Origin: the human T2T-CHM13v2.0 reference genome, Homo sapiens
DNA length: 64,000 bases
NCBI RefSeq assembly: GCF_009914755.1
Contig: NC_060930.1
Direction: 5' to 3' (one strand)
In this document: in pieces, positions 58,226 to 64,000 of the stretch
How the letters are laid out: each line of letters opens with the position of its first letter
Position numbering within the stretch: the first letter of the stretch is position 1
Made by a program: the position numbers and the translations under genes
Notes under the pieces: generated by a model
Database searches by the model: none
The model's input: the letters and a program-made list of their open reading frames with translations, nothing else
Told to the model about the DNA's origin: nothing

Positions 58226-59329
58226 CCTGTAGGATGTACAATGAAAAACCAGTTAACTTTCTGAAGTACAGGATTTTAAATAGACTCTATTTGAGCCCTG
58301 GAGATTGGCAGTAGTCTCGGCTACCCCTCATGGTGCCGGGGTCCGAATTACTCGCCTCTCTGGGACAGCTCCCTTTTCTCCCTCCCTTGTGATCTTGCAT
58401 CCAACCCTTCCTTAACCAAGTCTGCAGACTTAGGTTCGTCCTCACCCTAAGGTGAACCAGCCAGCTCCTGTTCTCAGTCTAGGGAGTGCTCCTTTTCCAC
58501 TGCTGAGCAGAGACTGGAGCAGGAGACACAGTGATGCGTCTCATGGCCCTGCCCCTGGCTCTCTTCCCTTTGGACACACCCCTAGGTGCAGCTGTGGCCT
58601 CCTCTGTAACAGGTCTGCAGAAGAGCAAGATTAGAAGCAGCCATATCCCCTACATTTGTAACAGGAGAGGCCCAGACCTCCAGCTGGGGGATTAACATGT
58701 TCTCCAGAAATGGCTAGTTACTCCCAAACTTGCTTCTTTCCTCCAAGTCTTCACTGAGAGCCTGAATCCATTCATATCTGCCTCACAAGGAGTGTGGTCC
58801 CCTGAGTGTGTGAAAGCTGTCGTCATCCTCTAAGTTTCCATGGAGTTTCCTGGGCTCCAGCTGGCTGTGGATACCAGGGCTTGAATGTGTTGGGTGCCTG
58901 GAGCCGCATGTCTGAAGGGCTCTGCTCTCCTCCCTTGCTGCTCCAAAAGTCACGGAAGTCAAAAGGGAGAAATCATTCCCCAGCCATGCTGCATCCTGAA
59001 AGGCACATAGCACAAGTTGTAGGGGCCATACATTTTGAGGTCAGATTGTCCAGGTTTGGAACTAAGGAAGCGATCGGCCCTATTGGGCAGGATACTCAGA
59101 CATTCCATCTGTAAATAGAGATGATGATAATACTCACCTCAGGGAATTGTTTGTTATTTTATTTACAAAATGATTATCGGGGTCATGTGTCAGGCGCTAT
59201 CCCAGGCACTGCTCTTGGTCCTCCAGTATGGGGAGGCAGACTGAGAAATGTGAATTGGAAGAGTGTGGAAAGTGCAGCGAAAGAGAGGTGCAGGGCATTC
59301 TAAGTTTCCAGGGCTGGGAGGTTGACCTC

Positions 59330-59870
59330 ATCACAAGTCTGGCGAAGACATTTTGCTTTAGGAAGTGATGGCTGACACGAGATAACAAGAAGAGTGTCCT
59401 ACACATGCACCCAGCACGTGCAAAGGCCCTGTGGAGGCCTGGCTGGGGAGTGTCCCGAGGGATCGGAGGAGACCAGCGGAGTTAGAGCTCAGGGAGTTGG
59501 GGTGAGGCATTGAATGGAGAGGAGGCCGGGAGCCCAGCAGGGGAAGCCTTCCAGGCAGAGGTAAGACTGTTGGTCCTAAGACTGGTAGGAAGCCACCCGT
59601 GAGTTCTAAGCTGGTGAATGACAGATCTGTGTTCTTAAAGTTGCTACTCTGGCTACAGAGTGGAAACTGGGATGGCGGAGGCATGAGGGTGAGTTTATGG
59701 AAGCCAGTTAAGAGGCTCCTGCTATAGCTTATGCAAAAGATGATTTAGCTTTCACTAGGGGGGCAGTGGAGGTGGTACAAAGTGCAGGTTCAGGAGACGG
59801 TAAGCCATAGAATTGACAGTTATGGTGATGGATTGGATGGTGGCGACAGGGAGAGGAGGGGTCAGGAGTG
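59330..59870 (-). mobile_element. L2 fragment
   Basis: Antisense L2 motifs (gcaaaggccctgtgg, gaagccagttaagaggct, ggtgatggattggatg). Confidence 0.6.
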
Positions 59871-60383
59871 AAGTATTCCATGAACCGTCACATTGCCTGC
59901 ATAAACATGCATTACAGGTAAACGATTATGGTAATAATTTACAAAGAAGCATGCCCTTTGCTCTGCTCATTTCACAAGGCAGCTCTGGTTAAATGACTTT
60001 TTATTTTGGACTGGCCTCATTCCCTAAGACCAAAGGCAGCTGAGCCTGTGTGCCCCGGGGGCCTGCCCTCTGACCCTGGTGTAGCCTTGCATCAAGCGTG
60101 AGCTCCTCTCTCGCCTCTCTGCTGTGTGGTGTGAAGAAGGTAGTGCAAGGAATGTTCTAGCAAGTTTCTCATCCTCATGCAGAACATCCCTGGTGGGTGC
60201 CCACCCCACAACAAGGCTTGCCAGCCTTGAGTCTCTGTTAATCTCTGTGTCCCTCCCCTGTACCCCCACTCTGTCACGCAGGCTGGGTCCCACGGAAGAG
60301 GCACTGCCTGGCTCCGGCTGGCTTTTCCCAGATCAAGCCCACACCTCCTTGCCTCAGGCTGTCCTGGTGTCTGGCTTTGCTTC

Positions 60384-60459
60384 TCCCTCTCTCATTGGCA
60401 CCCTTGCTGTTCTTAGGTTTGTCCCTTTCTCATTGGCACCCTTGCCGTTCTTAGGTTTG
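60384..60459. repeat. 38-bp tandem duplication (2 mismatches)
   Basis: tccct(c/t)tctcattggcacccttgc(t/c)gttcttaggtttg x2. Confidence 0.93.
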
Positions 60460-60829
60460 GGGCAGGCCCGTGTCTTGTCAGCAGCAACCCTGGCTCCTCT
60501 CAACCAGGAGCTGGAGTCCCCATTGGGCAGAAGAAGCTTCGGCCGACTTTGCCGCTCCTTTGCCGCCGGGACAGCCCTGCAGGCTCTTCTCTGGGAGGGT
60601 CCCCATGGTGCCCTCCCACACAGCCTGGCCTGGTCTCAGGGCTGAAGCTGAGGACCTGGGTGTGCCTCAGTTGGCTGAACGTCATTGTATGACTCACACC
60701 TGGACCTTTTGCCCAGCCCTCGGCTGTAAGAAGAACCAGCAGAGCCAGTCACAGGAAGGCCTGGCCCTCACCTTCCTGGGTTCAGCCACCACCAACACAT
60801 TAGTCTTGGTCTTTTGTTTTGTTTTGTTT

Positions 60830-61370
60830 TAATTTAATCACTTAATTTTTTAAAAGCATTTTAGATTTACAGAAAAATTGAGCCAAAAACACAGAGAATT
60901 CTCATCTACCCCTTTCTTTCTCCTCCCTCCAGTCCGGTTGTCCTTTTTCTTAACATCTTGCATTAGTGTTGTATCTTGGTTACAATTGCTGAGACAATCT
61001 TGCTACATTATTATTAGCTAAAGCTCATCATTTCCATTCAGACTCACTCTTTGTGTTGTACATCCTGTGGGTTCTGGGGTTGTGTGTCATTTTCCTCTAA
61101 TTGGGTTTTGGCAAATGTGTGATGATATAGATGCACCCTTATAAGATCACACAGGTTTTCTGGCCTGAAAATTGCCCTGTGCTCTGCCTTAGTCATCTCT
61201 CTTTCCTCATTGGCCCCTGGCAATCCCTGATGGTTTTACTATCTCCATATTTTAGTCTTTTCCAGAACGTCCTGTAGTTGGAATCATGCGTATGGCAACT
61301 TTCCATTTTGGCTTCATTCACTTATGGATCTGCATTTAAGGTCCTTCGTGTCTTTTCATGCTTGATGGCC
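60830..61370 (-). mobile_element. L1M 3' fragment
   Basis: ttttagatttacagaaaaattgag...gttggaatcat. Confidence 0.75.
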
Positions 61371-63530
61371 CATATCAGCAATGGTCTTTTATACTCCAAG
61401 TGCAGTGTGTCTGCTCACCGGCTGGAGGCCTTGCGATGGGATTCACAATTTCCTCTCAGTGTCTTCCAAGCGGCTTTTCCGTATCATCTTCTCAGGCTTC
61501 TGTGCACCTGCCCGTACTGGACATATTTGGCCATTGCTGATCTAGGAGCCTTCCCGAGGCAGGAGGTGAAACGGTCTGGATTTCGTGTTCTGTGTTAGGA
61601 AATCTAACACTGCAGCAACCCCGAATGCCTCAGTCATGAGCAGTTGATAGTGCAGGGGAACCGTCTTCTCTCCAAGAATTGGCTAGAACGGGCTTCTGCC
61701 CACTGCTTTTATTCCATCATCGGGTAATTTGAGTGTTTCCAGTCTAAGAGAATTCTGCTTGGCCCTAAGCCTTTCCACTGCAAATCTGGATGTGGACCAT
61801 CTTCTATCAGAGACAGCTCAGGCTCAATCCCTAAATTAATGGCAAGCAAGACGTAGACAGGTGTGACTTCTTAGAGACAGGCTGGACTGCTGCTGCTCTG
61901 TCCTTGGGTGGCGCCAGCCCTTCCTTTATTCTTTCCCAGTCTTCTTATCCATTGCCTGTAGCCCAGGACCAGTGCCAAGCCTGTAGCTTCCGCATGGTGT
62001 TCCTCTCCCTTCCGGGGATCTTCATGTAGGTGCTGCACGGGGAAAGAAGGGCCCTGAGAAGAGAGGCTGCTGTCGGCACAGGAGCCGTGAGGGTGGCGGC
62101 CGTCTGGCCACTGTGTCCAGTGCTTTCAAGGTGTTCTCAGTGTCCTCGTTTATGCCACGGCTTAGAAGATTGTCCTTGCCATCTTTAGCAACTGTCTCAG
62201 CCGTCACTTATTTTCACTCGTCTTACGAGGACCAACCTGCCGACTTTCTCGTCACGGGGGCATTGTTAACAACCAGCTGTGCGTGTTTAGTGTTCATAAG
62301 CAGAGCAAAGTGTGATTGTCTCCAGGAAGCTCTGCATCTGGGTTTTTTTGCTGACATTTTCTTTTCTTTTTTTCTCTTTGAACGCTGTGGTTTTGAACAA
62401 ATCGGTAATGTGATAAGTCTTCACTTAACGATTTTCAGGCATCAGGAGTACACGATTCCCTGGAAGAGACATTTACATGGAATATTTATTTATTTGAAGA
62501 GGAATCGGATGTGCCCAGTCAACTTAGCACCCACTGAGGTCCTGTCACCATTTGTTGAGTTTGCACAACGTGCGTGGGCATGATTGTGCCCGATTTCTAT
62601 CCAGCCCCGAGAATTAGCTAGCAGTCCCCATTTTACAGGTGTGGGAACTAAGGGTTAGGGGATGCGTTACCCTGCCCCAGCTCTCACGGGTTGTCAGAGG
62701 CAGAGATGAAACTGAAACCTGGGTCTGCTTCTCTCCAAACTCCATGCTCTGGGCACAACACCACTTGGCCCCTACCCAAGGGACCGACTCTGTGCTGAGA
62801 AGCAGGGCAGCCTGGGGCATACACGGGAAGTCGGAGGCTTCAGTCGCTTTCTTCCCATGCTGTGCTCTGTTCACCAGACTCCCTAGGGTCCTCCCATTGC
62901 AGGAGGAAGTGGCCTCTTGAGCCCTTTGAGATCAAGGCTGGGCATAGAACACAACCTCTGCTCCAACTCAGAGTCTTTTTTTTTTTTTTTTGTTAAACTG
63001 TGTCTGGAGCACTTTGATAATCTCTCCAGAGATAGTCATTTTTGCTAAAATGAATTGCTAAATGTAGGGGAGAGATTTGGGGGCACGAACTAAGCCTGCC
63101 CTGGGTGCCAGTGATACTGGCAACTTCCCTGGTGGGTGGGAAAGAGAAACCTGCCTGGTGGGTGGGTTCAGGACCTAGAAAAGACCTCCTCAGCCTAGTT
63201 CCTTGTTGCTTTGCCGCCGCCCCCAGGCAGTTCAGCCTGGGCTTAGTCAGTGTCTAGCAGCCTCACTGAACTTCTGGGACCAACAGCCCCTGGGTACTTC
63301 TCTTACCACCTGGTCTGCATCGTCAGTGGCTCACACACCCATCACACTGGCCTGCTGCTGCTGTTGCATAGGTGTGAGCTTGGTACTTGTGATCTTGCAA
63401 AGTGCTAAATGGCTCACCCAACTACAGTACCTGATGGAGCTCTTGAGATACCAGTTTGCTCTCTGAGGTTTGGATCAGCAGTGACCCAGATAAGAGTTCG
63501 TTTGTAAGAACAAAATATATATATCATGCT

Positions 63531-63837
<307 letters not shown>

Positions 63838-64000
63838 TTAAAGCCAGTGTCATCTCTTCCCAGCTTATTTCTGTGGCCTCTTAACTGGTCTTTTCGCGTA
63901 TGCCCTCCTTTCTAACAGGTAAACCATAACCCATCATGCCTCTGAAAGAATGAGAACCCATCAATGGCTTTTCTCTTGCTCACGGTACAAGTCAGAGGCT

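Overview
Human (primate) genomic DNA. The window holds the CpG-island promoter, the 5'UTR and coding exon 1 of PPP1R14C (KEPI, a CPI-17/PHI-1-family PP1 inhibitor). The CDS runs 521-826, with an RVxF motif, Thr73 and a phase-0 GT donor at 827. The remaining ~63 kb is intron 1; I could not find exon 2 in the window. The intron is mostly transposon-derived: ~28 Alus (one AluYa5, one three-monomer Alu), old L1/L2/MIR fragments, MaLR solo LTRs and DNA-transposon relics. It also contains a U13/SNORD13 retrocopy. The most unusual region is 54.7-56.4 kb: a 26 x 48-bp GC-rich minisatellite with an invariant 36-bp core, five open reading frames and 11-bp boundary repeats, lying ~230 bp downstream of a candidate 144-nt, stop-free, phase-0 cassette exon. 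A mosaic segment at 49.0-49.3 kb is built from copies of two unique sequences 2 kb upstream and 3 kb downstream. Repeat subfamily names come from recognising consensus features by eye, not from a database run, and old-repeat boundaries are approximate.
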